A stretch of 64,000 nt of DNA from Tubiluchus corallicola. Taxonomy: Eukaryota > Animalia > Priapulida. The notes beneath the pieces are model-generated. The model was given only the letters and a program-made list of their open reading frames with translations. It was not told the origin of the DNA and searched no databases. Positions 27,984-41,400 of the stretch are shown here, piece by piece. Position 1 is the stretch's first letter. Each line of letters starts with the position of its first letter. Location: contig JAQGDQ010000055.1 in assembly GCA_030141605.1 (NCBI GenBank), positions 1-64,000 of the forward strand, in the 5' to 3' direction. A program made the position numbers and the translations under genes.

Positions 27984-30900
27984 TCACAGCCACCAGTCAT
28001 CATCGTCCGAATCTTGTTCCTCCATCACATCAATGCCCTGAAACAGCTGATTGAAGCAGTGGTTGCCGGGAGTGTTGAAATGAGAATATGGATTGATATT
28101 CTGAAGGACCTTCATACACAGCCAACAGAATGCTGTTTGACACTTAAAGCAAGTCATCTTGTTACAGCCGTCAATTTTCTAAAACAGAACATAAAAACAA
28201 AGATGAGGTTAGTGGTCAGTAAACTGTCAATACTTTTATGCATGCAAGACTGTGAGATTATGAGAAGCCTGTCTTTCCTAAACGATAATACAAATAGTAA
28301 CAATGGGGAAGAATCTTATACTCATGAATTCAGTAAAGTTTAGGATGTTGCTAGTTTTAATGAAATTTATTTTTTGTGCTGTGAGCTGTTGTTGACATTT
28401 AATGATGAATAGGTAATACAGGGCTTTTATGATAATGAATTAAAAGAGATGTTGCTATATCTGGTAATCAATTAAATGTTATATTACTTGATTTTTTGAA
28501 CATAGATGCAAATTATAAAAGTTGTTTACTAAGCAAAATAATTTACAATAATATTGTACAGATGAACTAATTTAGGATTGCAATTATGGAAAATGTAATA
28601 TTTACCCATTTGCAAAGTAAATATATATAGTCACTGCATATAAGCTAACAGGGTGACTTAAACTGCATGACTTAATCAAAAAGTGATTTAAACACTTGGT
28701 ATATGTAGCCCAAACTTTGACATCTGAATAAGAGAATGCCGTAGAAACATGGGATAAGCTAAGCAGATAAGAACGATTTAATTCATGCCTCATAATACCT
28801 CAATACTGGAATTGCACTTTGGGCAGTGTTTGCTATGCTCGGCTACCCAGTCTTCAGAGAACGTGTTCTCCACGATGTGCTGCAGGGTTTTCTTTCCATA
28901 TTTAGATTCCATTTGCGCTCTCTCTGCATCCGTTCCACGTAAGTAGATGTCCCTCAACTTTCGACGCTCCTCTGCACAAAAATATGATGCTTGTGTAGTT
29001 TAACAAGTGAAAAATGCCATATCACATTTTGTATAGTATTCTTTTATTCTACATTACTGCACAATTGTATTAGCTTGACTTATTATGTTTCAAATACTTC
29101 TTTCTACCAAACAAAATAATTTTTAGCATTTTAGCATAACAAACAGACATTATGTGGATCTTAAAGGAAATGCCAAGCCTTCTGGAAAGTTGGGCTTATT
29201 TCTATGTTTGTGAAAATGATAAAAGGATTTAGTAATAAAAATGTGATAAGTGTCTCGTGTAATAAGTAAAATCACTTTAAGTTCCCGATCATTACATGTT
29301 TGAACGCACCCAATTTGAATACTCATTCTTCCAATAATGATGTCGTTCATTGCGTGAAGATAAGCATATCACTCTCAATTTTTGTCAAAAGTATAAGCAG
29401 TTTTACAAATAATTAGGTAGCTAATTTTGTGACATGTTTGCATGACTATTGATAAGCTGCAGAAGTTTGAATTAGTTCAAGCAGCGCGCACCAATGCAAA
29501 GCCACGTTGCTCTTACAAAACTCCACTAATTATATCACAATTTCAAGTGAATGGCGACAACCACCAAGCCTGAAATTTTTTATGCAGTGGTAGTATAAAT
29601 TTACTTCATGCTTTAAAGACAATATTTTTATAAATGTCTTTATTGTATTTTTTAAATTTGAGTGATAGCAGTAAAATAAACCCAATACGTCTAAGCGACT
29701 TGTCCTTTCCTTTAATAGCGTTACTGGTTTTAACAGCAATTGTAACTAATGGGTTTTGCAACAATCACAAAAATTCTCAGGGCATATAAGTAAGTAGAAC
29801 TGGCACCCTGCACATTTTAATGTAAACATACCCAAGTTAATAACTCAGGTTAATCTGTTTTTATTGGTTGTAGTACAATGCAGAGATTCTATCATGATGT
29901 TAAGATGCTTCGGAGAAAATTTAGTTTATGTTTATACACACAAGCAAAAGGACATCACTCAAGGTGCTTACCAAGCTACATTTGTATTCTACATGATATG
30001 TTCGTTATGAATATATTCTAGTCTTCTGCACATAAAAAAATTATTGCATATAAATTTGCCCTACATCACCCTTTTTTACCACCTAATGTATATGTTATAT
30101 TAAAACTTTTCAATGACAAAAGAAAAGTTTATGACAAAAAGCCCAAAAGCACAATTGAAAATAGCACTTGTCAAAAAGCACAAGTGAAAATAGCACTTGT
30201 CAAAAAGCACAAGTGAAAATAAGAAAGTCTATGTCTCTAATCACCTGGTTTAAATCTGCAAGGAGCAACTCCATGGTATGTATATTTGCACAGAATGCAA
30301 AACACGTAACCGCAGGCCGGACAATTTCCCAAATTTGAGTCACGTTCAACAAGAACGGGATACTCGCAAGTCATCCGTGGGCAGTAAGCAATGTCTCCCA
30401 TATTGTCAAGACTTCTTGTTAATAATATCCGATCATAGCGGTTAAATAGTTCTGGGTCGACCAGCTCCCTTACCTGCAAATAGAAGGATCATTGTGAATC
30501 CTAGTTAATCGCTACCTAGCAGTTATCGATCAAGATTTTAAAATCAAATTAATTGAAGTCTACCTTTTCATACTGCTAGAAAGATTCAGTTATACCAGGC
30601 AAATTATTGTTATTCATATCAGGTGGCATATTATATTTATGGAACCAGATGCCTATGAATTTAAAACTGGTTACAAATGTTAAGAAATTTAAGAAGCTAC
30701 TAAAGACTCAGGTACATGACATTTGGGCACGGAGGCACAAGACATTTGGCAACCAACAAAATCTGATATTGTACCTTTTTTGTTTAGTAAATTTTTAATG
30801 ATTCACTATTTTCCTAACTGTCATAATTTTTAATAACACAATTAGAAACCGGTTAATCGCCTTTATGCACTTTCTATATCATCAGTATAATTACCCTACG

Positions 30901-33900
30901 TGTAATTTTTAAAATGAACAAAGCATGTCAGTATCATAAACAGTGAGATTTAGTTGTTCATCAAATTCGTATCAAAATTTGCAAACAGAAGAAGCCAACC
31001 AGCATTTCCAGTTTATTCCAAGCGAGCTGACGATAACTTCATTATTTAAACTCTAACCTGTGATGGTAAAGCTTGTGAGTTGCACTTTTCTTCCGGACAA
31101 GTTAAAGCACCAACACTTCCATCCCTGATCTGTATAGTAAAGTATTCCCTCATGCAATCTTTACAATAAACATGATCACATGTGTTGAAACACATACACT
31201 GTGAACCCAACTTTTCACTTAAACACACTTTACACGAGAATATTGACGTGTTGAAAGTCCGTTGCAGCTCTGCTTCATTGTAGTCCAATAAAGACGGCAA
31301 GACTTGAGTCCATGATTCCAAATTCTGAACAATCTTCATATCACAGTTAGCTATAAAAAATTACAAACTATGTTAACCTCAATCGCCTATACCCAGGCAT
31401 AACTTACACAGTGTTTTTACTCTTATAGTTGTTTAATTGTCTAGATCTCTACAGGAATGACTAAAATAATGATTTTTCCGAATACACTCATATCCCGGTT
31501 TGTTGGACTTCGCTTTTACGGATATAGGAAGAATCGGACAAAATCTGGACCTCTAAAAGTCCCCAATACTACGGACACAGTCCGTTGTTTTGTGAGCTGA
31601 CCGCTAGTTGGCTTTGTCACTTTGTTTACATCATTACATCAGTGTAGCCACATGTATATCTCTATGTATAAAAATATAGAATCGATTATATGGAGTTATT
31701 TGAATTAATTTCTGTCAGTTTTTATATACTTTTGCATAGGAGCAAGACAATTTTGAGACAGTTAGATGACTGATTCAACATTACCAGGAGTCTAATACAC
31801 AATGTCTACTGCATTAGCTTAGTACTGGTAAATACGGACAATTCCCAAATTCGGACCGACCTCTCCGCCCTTTAGTCCGGCAAACCGAGATATGAGTGTA
31901 ATTACACACCTTCTACTTGTGGTAATTCAGCATTCTGTAGTTGAGATAACCTCCTATGCCGGTGCCTGATTTCGTGTACAACTACACCAAGATCGATGGA
32001 GTCGGTTATTGAAAGAAAATCTAACAAATCATCTTGTAAAAAACCAATCCATCTGAAAAGAACGACCTCACCTGGACACTCATCCCACATCTGATCCAGG
32101 GTCTTGCAAATGCTTGCAAGCTAAAACAGCAATAAACACGTAGAATCAACATTCTGAATAATCATGTTGTGCAAGCACCAATAAACACTGATCCACTTTA
32201 ATAATGCACTCTTTACAATGTTTTATTCACAATTCACCCAAAACAAGGCAGCTACTCAAAATAAGAAAAAAGAAACAAGGCAGCACCAGTAGAAGAAAGA
32301 AAACACAAATACACATCTTGAAAACAGAATTCTTATAATTAGTTTTCATTAATCAGAGCAAGTCAATACTCTCTTTGAAGCAAGTGAAAATATAGTTAAG
32401 AAGATAGGATATTTTTCTGGTAAAGAATTTAACAGATCTATTAATAAAAAAAATGAATAAATGTTTATATAACACAAGTACAGGTATGGCTGCAGTACTC
32501 CTTAGAGCACTTTGTTCAGAGTCTGGGAATCTCACAAACAACAATGTAAAATAATCATAAGTGTTTAATAGCAGTGGCACTTCTTCTGAATACAAAAGGT
32601 GCAAAAGTTAGGCTAAGTCTAAAACTAATTTTGAATTAACGTTCAAAAAAAGTTGTCAGTACATGAAACGTTCACTTAACATCATTTAACATTCACTGGG
32701 TTCCTACTATGCAACGAACTTTGCACAGAAATAAAAAGCTGCTAAATCAGAACATATATTCAAACATAAATTTTAAAAAATAATTCTTGAGTCGTATGGG
32801 CCTAATTAATCAATCTCTGTAATTACAAATAACACACCTTTATGCTTTTCATATAGTTCAATATTTTAATACTATTTTCATAACACCGCAAAAATGGCTA
32901 ACTTAGTTCAAATCATCGATCCTGGCGCATCATCATCATCATTAGCATCAATTCAGTATCATTGTCGTTACCACCACCATTGTCATCAGCATTAATATCA
33001 CCATCATTGTCATCACCACCACCATCATCATCATCATCATCATCATGAACATCATCTTAATGCATAATGATGTTCTTCTCGCATCCGTTTCCTTTGCTCC
33101 ATTTAACATACCTTTTTTTGTTGTTCATGTCATTCTGCTACGCTCATAGCACTGCATTGCATTGTTAATTTGCAATTGCATAACTTGTATGTTATTGTAC
33201 TGTTCTAACTGGATGAATAAATAAATAAATTCTGCAGTTTTTTAAAAATGAACACAATTCCTAGGATGCACTTTTACAGTAATCATTGAACTTTCATTTT
33301 TTTAAGATTGCATTAGGATAAGATAGCGTAGCAAATACAACTGATTAGAATAAGTGCTATACACCACAGTATCATATGTAATGTAACTACGTGGATCCAT
33401 TAAGCATGGTATATATACATGTAGCTCTAAAGCAAGACTGTATTACCTGCTTTCTGGTAAGCCACACACACTCCAGAGAATACCGAGGTGGCACTTCTGA
33501 TGGATAATTTTCAGGAAAACTAAAATAAAGAGTTATTGGAGACAGATGTTTAATTATGTGGTGCTCTTCTGTTTCTTCAGTTTCACCTAGAAAATGAATT
33601 AGTCATAATAATTACATTAAAATAAGCAGCTAAGAACATTCATGCTTGATGTCAATTAGAAATATTGTTTTATTGAGAAACTAGATCAGACTAACACCAA
33701 CCAAAATTTCAAGTAGACTAGTAGTCAAAGTGGATTGTGATCTTATGATAAATTTACGTATAAATTCGCTACTTAACTCAAAAGACTACATTTAAAAAAA
33801 CAACATCGTCACAATAACTGAAATAAAATGAAAAGAATTGGAACAGAAAAATAATAAGTCACAAATCTGAACAGAAGTTTTTAAATTAAAAACAAGAAGA

Positions 33901-35049
33901 AAGAACAACCTTCGTGAAATTAAAATCAGCAATGTCAGTCAGGCTTGCGGATGTTGTGACAGATCAAAATAAACATGTTAAAGGACACGACAAGGGGTAC
34001 CTGAAGCAGGCTTCAGAATAATCGCCTTAAAAATTGTTACTTTATAGCAAATGTATGCCCATATCGTACTCGCATTGAAAGGATTTTTTGTTTATTTTCA
34101 TTTTAAATCTCCGGCAATACTGTTCCGACGGCGCCCTTACTTGACGTCATATACGAGCAATGTAAATCAGAAAAAGAAAAGGAAGTGTTAAATTACATCC
34201 CAAAAAACTTTCCACGCAAATCTATATCACTTAACATTTCACTTACCTGCTTGAAAGACTTATGGAACTAGAAAAGAAAATTATTAGTAATTTAAATGTT
34301 TTCACCAATTGGTAAAATATCGTGGACTCACCTCCAGGGTGCACCACTCACTAACCAAAAAACGTATTTTTAATCTTGTTAACAAGAAACAGTCATTTAA
34401 AATTTTACTAAATTAGTGATGTGTGCGCTACAAATGCTGTGATAATTTTTTCAAACTTCACACAATGTTATTAAACTTGTTTCGAATAACTTATCATCAA
34501 AACGACTGCATCTAACAGTCATCGCAGGAGTTTAAATTTACATGTTTTATACAGCGTTACTGTCAACGTAAGCCCTGTATGCAAATACACAGTATGAAAG
34601 TGGTGTAAAATTTCAAGATGAATTTTTAAAGCTTTATGCAAATGGAGGGTTTTCTTGTGCTTTAACTTCTCATTCACACAAACACAAAAGAATCATAATG
34701 TATTTACACCAAAAAAATTATGCTGAAATCAATTAAAAGCCATTGGGAGCTTGCCACTGTTTTGCAATTGAAATTAACCTTTATTTTGCTGTACCAGGCT
34801 ACCAGCCAATATGTACACTACTAGTTCGTTCCACTTTTGTAAAGCTGACAACTTGTGTTTCATACCAACAACTGGAGATATCAATGTAAACGGAGAAGGA
34901 AGGAACTGGCTGGCTTTGAACCATCCGCTCTTCTGTTTTGATTCATCATCTTGCTCATCTTTTGACAACCCAAACTGATTTTCATCGTAAATGCTTGATA
35001 AGGCAACGATCTCGTCCTCCTGAGCTTCTAGATCATTTGCAGATGACAT
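27984..35049 (-). CDS. RNF14: E3 ubiquitin ligase RNF14 (RWD-RING1-IBR-RING2), 474 aa. Exons 35049-34866, 33586-33447, 32120-31910, 31350-31058, 30473-30245, 28971-28799, 28178-27984
   Basis: All introns are GT-AG with consistent phases; total 1425 nt including TGA. N-terminus MSSANDLEAQEDEIVALSSIY; RWD motif FPENYPSEVPP; RING1 CKVC..CDHVYCKDC..CPEEKC; IBR CPRMTC..CPAC..CILC..HGVAPC; RING2 CPKC..KIDGCNKMTC..FCWLC with the catalytic Cys. Confidence 0.95.
29165..29510 (-). mobile_element. Family B TTAA element, truncated copy
   Basis: TTAA|AGGAAATGCCAAGCCTTCTGGAAAGTTGGGCTTATTTC is the reverse complement of the right end of 44844-45397. Confidence 0.7.
30140..30222. repeat. ~28-bp tandem repeat
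   Basis: AAAAGCACAAGTGAAAATAGCACTTGTC about three times. Confidence 0.8.
30560..30725 (+). mobile_element. LINE (CR1/L2) ORF2 C-terminal remnant
   Basis: LWNQMPMNLKLVTNVKKFKKLLK resembles the WNxLP...FKxxLK terminus. Confidence 0.5.
31485..31898. mobile_element. Tc1/mariner (pogo/Tigger-like) MITE
   Basis: TA|CACTCATATCCCGGTTTGTTGGACT ... AGTCCGGCAAACCGAGATATGAGTG|TA (25-bp TIR, TA TSD). Confidence 0.85.
32928..33060. repeat. (CAT/CAC)n tract
   Basis: Trinucleotide runs. Confidence 0.8.
33982..34661 (+). mobile_element. Family A TTAA element, long form (RNF14 intron)
   Basis: TTAA|AGGACACGACAA ... TTCTTGTGCT|TTAA; collinear with 6222-6863. Confidence 0.85.
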
Positions 35050-35956
35050 TGCCCTAAAAATGTTTGATGAACGATAGTATTAGCTATTTATGATATTTAC
35101 AGGCTAAAAGTCTTATTATTTGGAATTTCTGCAACTTGACAAATCAGGATCTTCCCGTTATACTAAGAAATGTAAGTTTTACATATTTTTGCATAGTTTC
35201 TTTATTGCACTTTCTAGGTTTTTGTCAGCAATCATATCAGTAGTACCATAGTTGTCGGGGTCATATAAAATTTACTGCAACTTTGGTCTAACCCATCAAG
35301 AAAGGATAATATTATGAAGAAGGTCCGAGCTTTACTTTATCTTTTTTGACCTCTTTTGGTCTTTGAAAATACCAAACAACATAGCACTGAAAAAAGCAAA
35401 TTTCACATGATACAACCAGTTAATCGTATGCAAGAACGTGATTGTGCAGCGACTCACTAGTCAGTAGTTGCCTTAACTGTTCAAATTCCACAGTACTGCT
35501 ATCAAAGTATTCAAGAAGTAATTTAAGTTACATTACTAAGTACTTAAATACAAACAATAATTAGGCCAATTAGAAAAACTAAGCATATGTAACTCTACAA
35601 ATTATGGAAACGAACACAAAGATTCACTCTGCAACTCGATAAACTTTGCTAAATTAAATTAACATTTTCACTAAGGAAGAACAAAAAGCTCCTCAATTAT
35701 TAGTATTCACTAATATTGACGTTTAGTGATAATAATCTTGCTTCTTTAATGCACTAAAAGGTACACAATTATTATTCAACACTTTATCCGTATAACTTAC
35801 AAACAGTGCACAAAAGTTGTTAACTTGTTCATTGCGCAGAATTTACCAGACGCTGTTCTAGAAAAAGTGTCTTCATCAATGCACTGAATGTTCTTCCTAC
35901 TAATTTGAAAATGTAGCAAGTAACCAAACTATGTGCAAAAATCGTTAACTGCATAC

Positions 35957-36100
35957 CTTGAGCAAAAATCCAAAAGCTGGTTTGACTATTATTAAAGGTT
36001 AAACTTTAAATCATCAATTTACGGGTTACAGGCGCCGTCATGCTGTTTGATGACCTGTTTAGTTGAAATCTCAAAGATCAGCGGCACCGCCTTATCAGAG
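35957..36100 (-). promoter_or_regulatory. Probable 5'UTR exon and promoter of RNF14
   Basis: The first coding exon has a ttttag acceptor 4 nt before the ATG (exon starts at 35053). A candidate donor AAG|GTATGC lies at 35957/35956, with a CpG-richer patch at about 36030-36110. The TSS is not determined. Confidence 0.45.
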
Positions 36101-36304
36101 TGGACCGTTCGAGCACATTTTGCTCCCAGACCCAGCCTCTTAATCTATGTCAAACATATGCTGGCATGCAGAGTGTAAAATAACATTTTTTGTAGAGTGG
36201 GTGCAAAGTTAACGACAAATAATAAGAAACAATTTGTTACGTGAAAGTTTATTTTTCTTTTTTAATCAATTGAGAATGTGTAATCATGTACCCAGGCTGC
36301 CCAG

Positions 36305-36676
36305 TAGGGAATTCTCTATCAGAAAACGAATTCGAAGCAATTCGAATTTTTCACATTTGAACAGGATCAAACCGTTTAGATTTTGAACTATGCTTTAAAG
36401 ATTCTCGAATCATGAACAAAAAGCAGACTTATGAAGATCATGCGTATTACTTAATATTTTGCAGTAAAAACACTAATAATTTGTTTGAGAATTGTGCAAA
36501 GAAACTGTACTAAATTGTGCTGGTAGTATACTGTTTTAAACGATTTAATGATAAAGAACATATGTAGTTGAAGAGGGAAATTATTCTTATCCATAATTTG
36601 GTCGGAACCGAATTTGCAATAAAAACGCTTTTAATTGAATTTGTTGTTCGATTCGATTATTCGATGTCTACCTGTA
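36305..36676. mobile_element. hAT-like MITE, inverted relative of 2935-3320
   Basis: TAGGG terminus, TTCGA repeats, 8-bp TSD CTGCCCAG / CTACCCAG. Confidence 0.7.
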
Positions 36677-38440
36677 CTACCCAGAGAGTACTTTTCTTTA
36701 AACGGAAGCAGTGTTGACACATCACTGGCAAGTGCTTAATGGATGGTTTCTTGCTTACATGGAATAAATGAGGTGCTTAAATGCCTTGGACACAGGTTTC
36801 TTTCACATTTTCTTCAGTTTAGAATGCTGACTGGAGTGACTGTCCGACGTCTTCTTCTTATTATTACATCTGGATGATGTTATTAATTTAAATGGATGTA
36901 TATCTATGTATATAACCAATAACTACTTATTTCCAACTTTTTTTAAAAATCCAGTCAAGATAAATGTAAAAAGATACAATACCAGATATAATGAATATAT
37001 ACCAAGACTTTGTAGAACAAATATGGCGAAACATTTCATTAGCTATATGGCCAGTGCTACGGAATAGACTAAGCCGCAATTCAAAATGTAGTCACTCCCT
37101 TTCAACTTTTAAAAAAACCGTCAGAAAAGAAATATTTCAAAAGTACTGAGAGTAACACAGTTTGATACTTGTAATCTTAATAAAACGCGACTATGCTCAA
37201 CAGGTTACTGAACACTTTATAATCATGATCACAGTTTTTCTTAGTTCTCGCTCCATTTCATCTTCATTCACTACTCCCCCCCCCCCACATTTACGTATAT
37301 ATTATCATCATTTCAATTATTAATCATTTCTTTAAGATTTCCCCGTACAGTTTGGCCTGTCAAGCTATGCTTTTAGGCTCAAACTGTATGCATCAAAATT
37401 ATTCTGTAATGTAATTTGCACATGTATATGCTTCATAAGAATCTCTTTTGTAATTTCTGGATTATATTGCATTTACTTCAGTGGAAAATTATCTGTATTT
37501 TTATTATAACTGTAAGATGCAGTGTGGAAATAAATAAACTTAAACTTAAATAAACTTAAACTAAACGTTCATAGACATGACATACATTCATTGATAATAA
37601 ATCATGGGTAAACGCATAACCCTATCCATCGAATCTCACTGCTATTGTGGCTGGTGTAGGCCATTATAATTTTTAGTGATATAAATGACTATTCTTATAT
37701 TATTATTACTTTTATATTACTTGACGACGCTTGTATTTACTTTGATAAGTGGACACTTATTTGTCAAATCATTCATACAAGTTAAAACTTAAATGTGAGA
37801 TCAGTCAAATCACTTTGCAGAATGACAATAACAATACACACAAATTTAACACTATTGCAAGACAGGAAAGTGATGATAATAATAAATTATGTTCATTTTT
37901 GTTGGTTCAAGTACGACTTTGCAAAGTCAATTTTAAAGAAAATTTAGCTAAATTAAATGTTTGAATAGTAATTTTTATCTTAATTTCATTTTACTCGCGT
38001 CTCTTGACCAAAATTAATTACTTTTACATGTAATGAGTAAACAATTCAGCAGTGAACAACCATTATTCTGTCTCAAACAGTGATGTTTAAATAAAAATTA
38101 ACAAATCTGCATTTCCTGAGAACAACAAAGTTATTTTTTATATCCCATGGCTAACAACAATTTTTCGAAGAACTATTGTAAAAAATTGTGAAAAAACGTA
38201 GTCTCAAACTCTGTAATATATATAATATATTATTAATACTTTACTAACGTTTTCAATTTGGGATATTTAAAATTATTTTGTTGCAAATTAAATAGGAGAT
38301 CATTTTTATTTAAATCTCAAGGCACATTGACTACTAAAACGTAGCACATCCAACACTAAATTAGGTATAGTCTGTTTGTTACAAACAAAACAATGTAAAC
38401 AAGTCAAACATAGAATGTGCATATCTAATAACGCCATTCA

Positions 38441-41400
38441 TCACACTTGTCTTTTGTCTTTAGCATCTTTCTCTTTGTAGATCTTCTCAGTAAATGGTCT
38501 GAAATGGAAACAATTATATTAACCTTTGTTTTGTAAATTTCCGCCACAATGGCAAAGAAGATTTTGCGATCACAAATATTTATACGACTGTTAGAATTAT
38601 TGTAATTAGTAGACTAATCACTATAATCAGCATTTAATTTTGTGACTGTTTAATGAGTATTTATGAGTAGTTAAGAACAGCGGACAGATTCTGCAGTTTG
38701 CATATGCTTGCGCTGGTTTCTGTTAAAATAATATTATTAACACAATATAGACTTAAACCCATAATATATCTATACTTACTCCTCAAAATAAACAGCAGCT
38801 ACGAAATAGACAATTGACACTAACACGCTCAAAAGTATTGCTGCTTGACTGTGTCTTCTGAAAGAGAAAATTGAAAATACCATTAAAATTTGAAATTAGC
38901 ATCCATTACGATTATTTTGTAATTACATTTGTAACTGTATCTGTGTTTGTATACCTCAGAATGCGTTACCTAGTGTCTGTGCAGTAGCTCAATCCAATCA
39001 ACTAATCTGTTCAATCAAGTAATCATCGATCTGTTAAAAGTTAAACAGCTATCCTTCATAATCGTCTCTGCTTTATTTTTCTGTCTTACCGACAATTTTT
39101 AAATCTAAAAGTTTGGCAATCATAAAAATTATAATTATTAAAATTCATATATTCCGGTATAATCTCATAATAATTATCGAAATTAAAAAGTTTCTATGCA
39201 AATTTTGCTATTTCTGACAGAAAATTCGTTCCGCGGATCACTATCGTGTCTGTACTGAACCTTATAAATAGCTCAGTCTCTTTATGCTGGACTTCATTAA
39301 TAATTTAATCAGTTCAAAGTTCGATGGGCTAGTAACTTTTGATCAAATACACTGACGTCTATTTACACAGTCAAAGTATGGGTATGGAAATTTTTCAAAT
39401 TTCGGGGGACATTTCTCCAAACTATTTAAAAAATATCGTGCAAATTCATTTTGCAACCCCAGGGCATGTCGGAGCAAAATTTCGATTCGCTTAATAATCA
39501 GCAATTACTCATACAATTTTGTGTTTGTAACAAAAAAGTTAAGACCATGCAGAGGATCAAAACGTTGTCGTTGGTACCCGGAAAATAAGGTTTGTGTAAG
39601 GCACGACAGTGGCTGTAAAACCAAAAAATCTTTCTTTGCAAACACCATCACAAGCCAGTGTAAAGTAACCATTAGTTTTTCTTATATTAAATTACTGGGC
39701 CTATTCCAAGAATGTGGGGCCCATGTGGTCAGTCATGTCACGTTGTCGTTGTTGTACGAACAGCCATTCACTACAACGAAAACGATGTCATCAAAAGTGA
39801 ACTGTGTAGAAACTGAAGCCAATTGCACAAAACGTGTTTTCATTTGCGCAACAAGTAAAATCAAATGTGAAATCAATTGTTTAAACGATCACTTGTGCAA
39901 AAATTGAAGTGAGTTGAGCAAAAAGTGAAATCAAGCGTTATGGCATCAGAGCGCTTTGCTATTATTGTGAGGCCTATATTAGAATAACTGTTGTCTATAA
40001 TATGCTAATTACTAAACTAAACGCACATCAAAGCCCATCCGAGAAAATTCATTGTTGAGCCCCAGTACATCGGATTATCCATGACGTTGAATGGAAAATC
40101 CGTGACTTTTTCTTCCATTAGAATTCCAAAATAGTCGCCTAAAATAAAAAAACGTCATTTTTTAATACAGATACTTAAAAACATTTATAGTTAAAACACT
40201 GCAACTTTATTAAAGCTTTTAATTTACATAGTTAAAACTCATGTCAAACGTTTCGACAGAGCTACCGCTGTCATCATCAGTGGTAACTTTTTACAAACAT
40301 ACAACCAGTTTATATAGGCAGAGCCCACAGCATAGAACATTATGCACTAATTATGTGTTTAACAAAAGCCAAGTAGATAATAAATGTTAAATAGGTAATT
40401 ATGTTAAACACATAATTAGTGCATATAACTTCTATATTGTAAGCTCTGCTTATATAAACTCGTTGTATGTTTGTAAAAATTTACCACTGATGATGACAGT
40501 AGCTCTGTCGACAGTAGCTCTGTCGAAACGTTTGACCACGTTGGTCACCCATCCAGCTTACTGACCATGCCTGACGTCAATTAACTTCAGTTGCTAAGTG
40601 CGCATAGTAACCACATGGCTATTCCGCGCCTACGTACACTAATTTCAATAAGTCGAATTGTCACTTACCACAAAATGTACCAGTAAAACCTAGTTGGTAA
40701 TAGCTTGTTAGTACGAAAAACATTCCCGCTACAATTAGAACTACTCCTAGCCAATACGCAACGTCGCTTTGTAATAGTTCCCATTTTGGCTGTGACAGTG
40801 CGGCTTCTGTGAATCTGCAAAAATTTAGTAATTAGGAGTATTTAAACAGTTATGTTAGAAACTGGTGAGAAGTACTAGCCGTGACAGAAAATAAGGTACC
40901 GGCAGTATCATTAGAAGAAGCAATGATCACTAGTTAGCTACTTAAACATGATCATTTACCGCTATAAACATATGTGTTACATTGAAGATGTATTTATATC
41001 ACCAAATAAAAAGACTGTTAGCATAACAAAGAAAGCTGAAAATGTATATGATGATTTTATCAGAGTATTATTAATATTGAAAATGAGAACAGGAATGTCC
41101 TTGATCAGTTTTGCAACGCTGAAGCGTTTTCCGTATTAACAACACATTAAACACTTTGCGTTTATAAATGTGATTTTCTCAACTTTACTGCTCCTTGGTT
41201 GTAGGTCTGCAGACATACATCCCAACCAATCACAGTTACTTGGACAGCGCCAGTGAACATTCGAGCAGTAGACACTTGGGTAGTAGACACTTAGGCAGTA
41301 AACAGGTGGGTAGTAGACGCTTGGGCAGTAGAAACTTAGGTAGTAGGTACTTGGGCAGTAGACACTTGGGCAGTAGACTCTTGGGCAGTAGGCTTTTGGG

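Noticed and set aside
27765-28343. 192-aa plus-strand ORF, the longest in the window
   Set aside because: Antisense shadow of the last RNF14 exon, starts inside a MITE at a non-ATG codon, no recognisable domain.
38955-39030. Exon-like segment with three in-frame TGA codons (selenoprotein or poison exon idea)
   Set aside because: It lies in PEMT intron 4, and PEMT splices in frame without it. No SECIS was seen and the TGA frame does not join the flanking exons. A poison exon cannot be excluded without RNA-seq.
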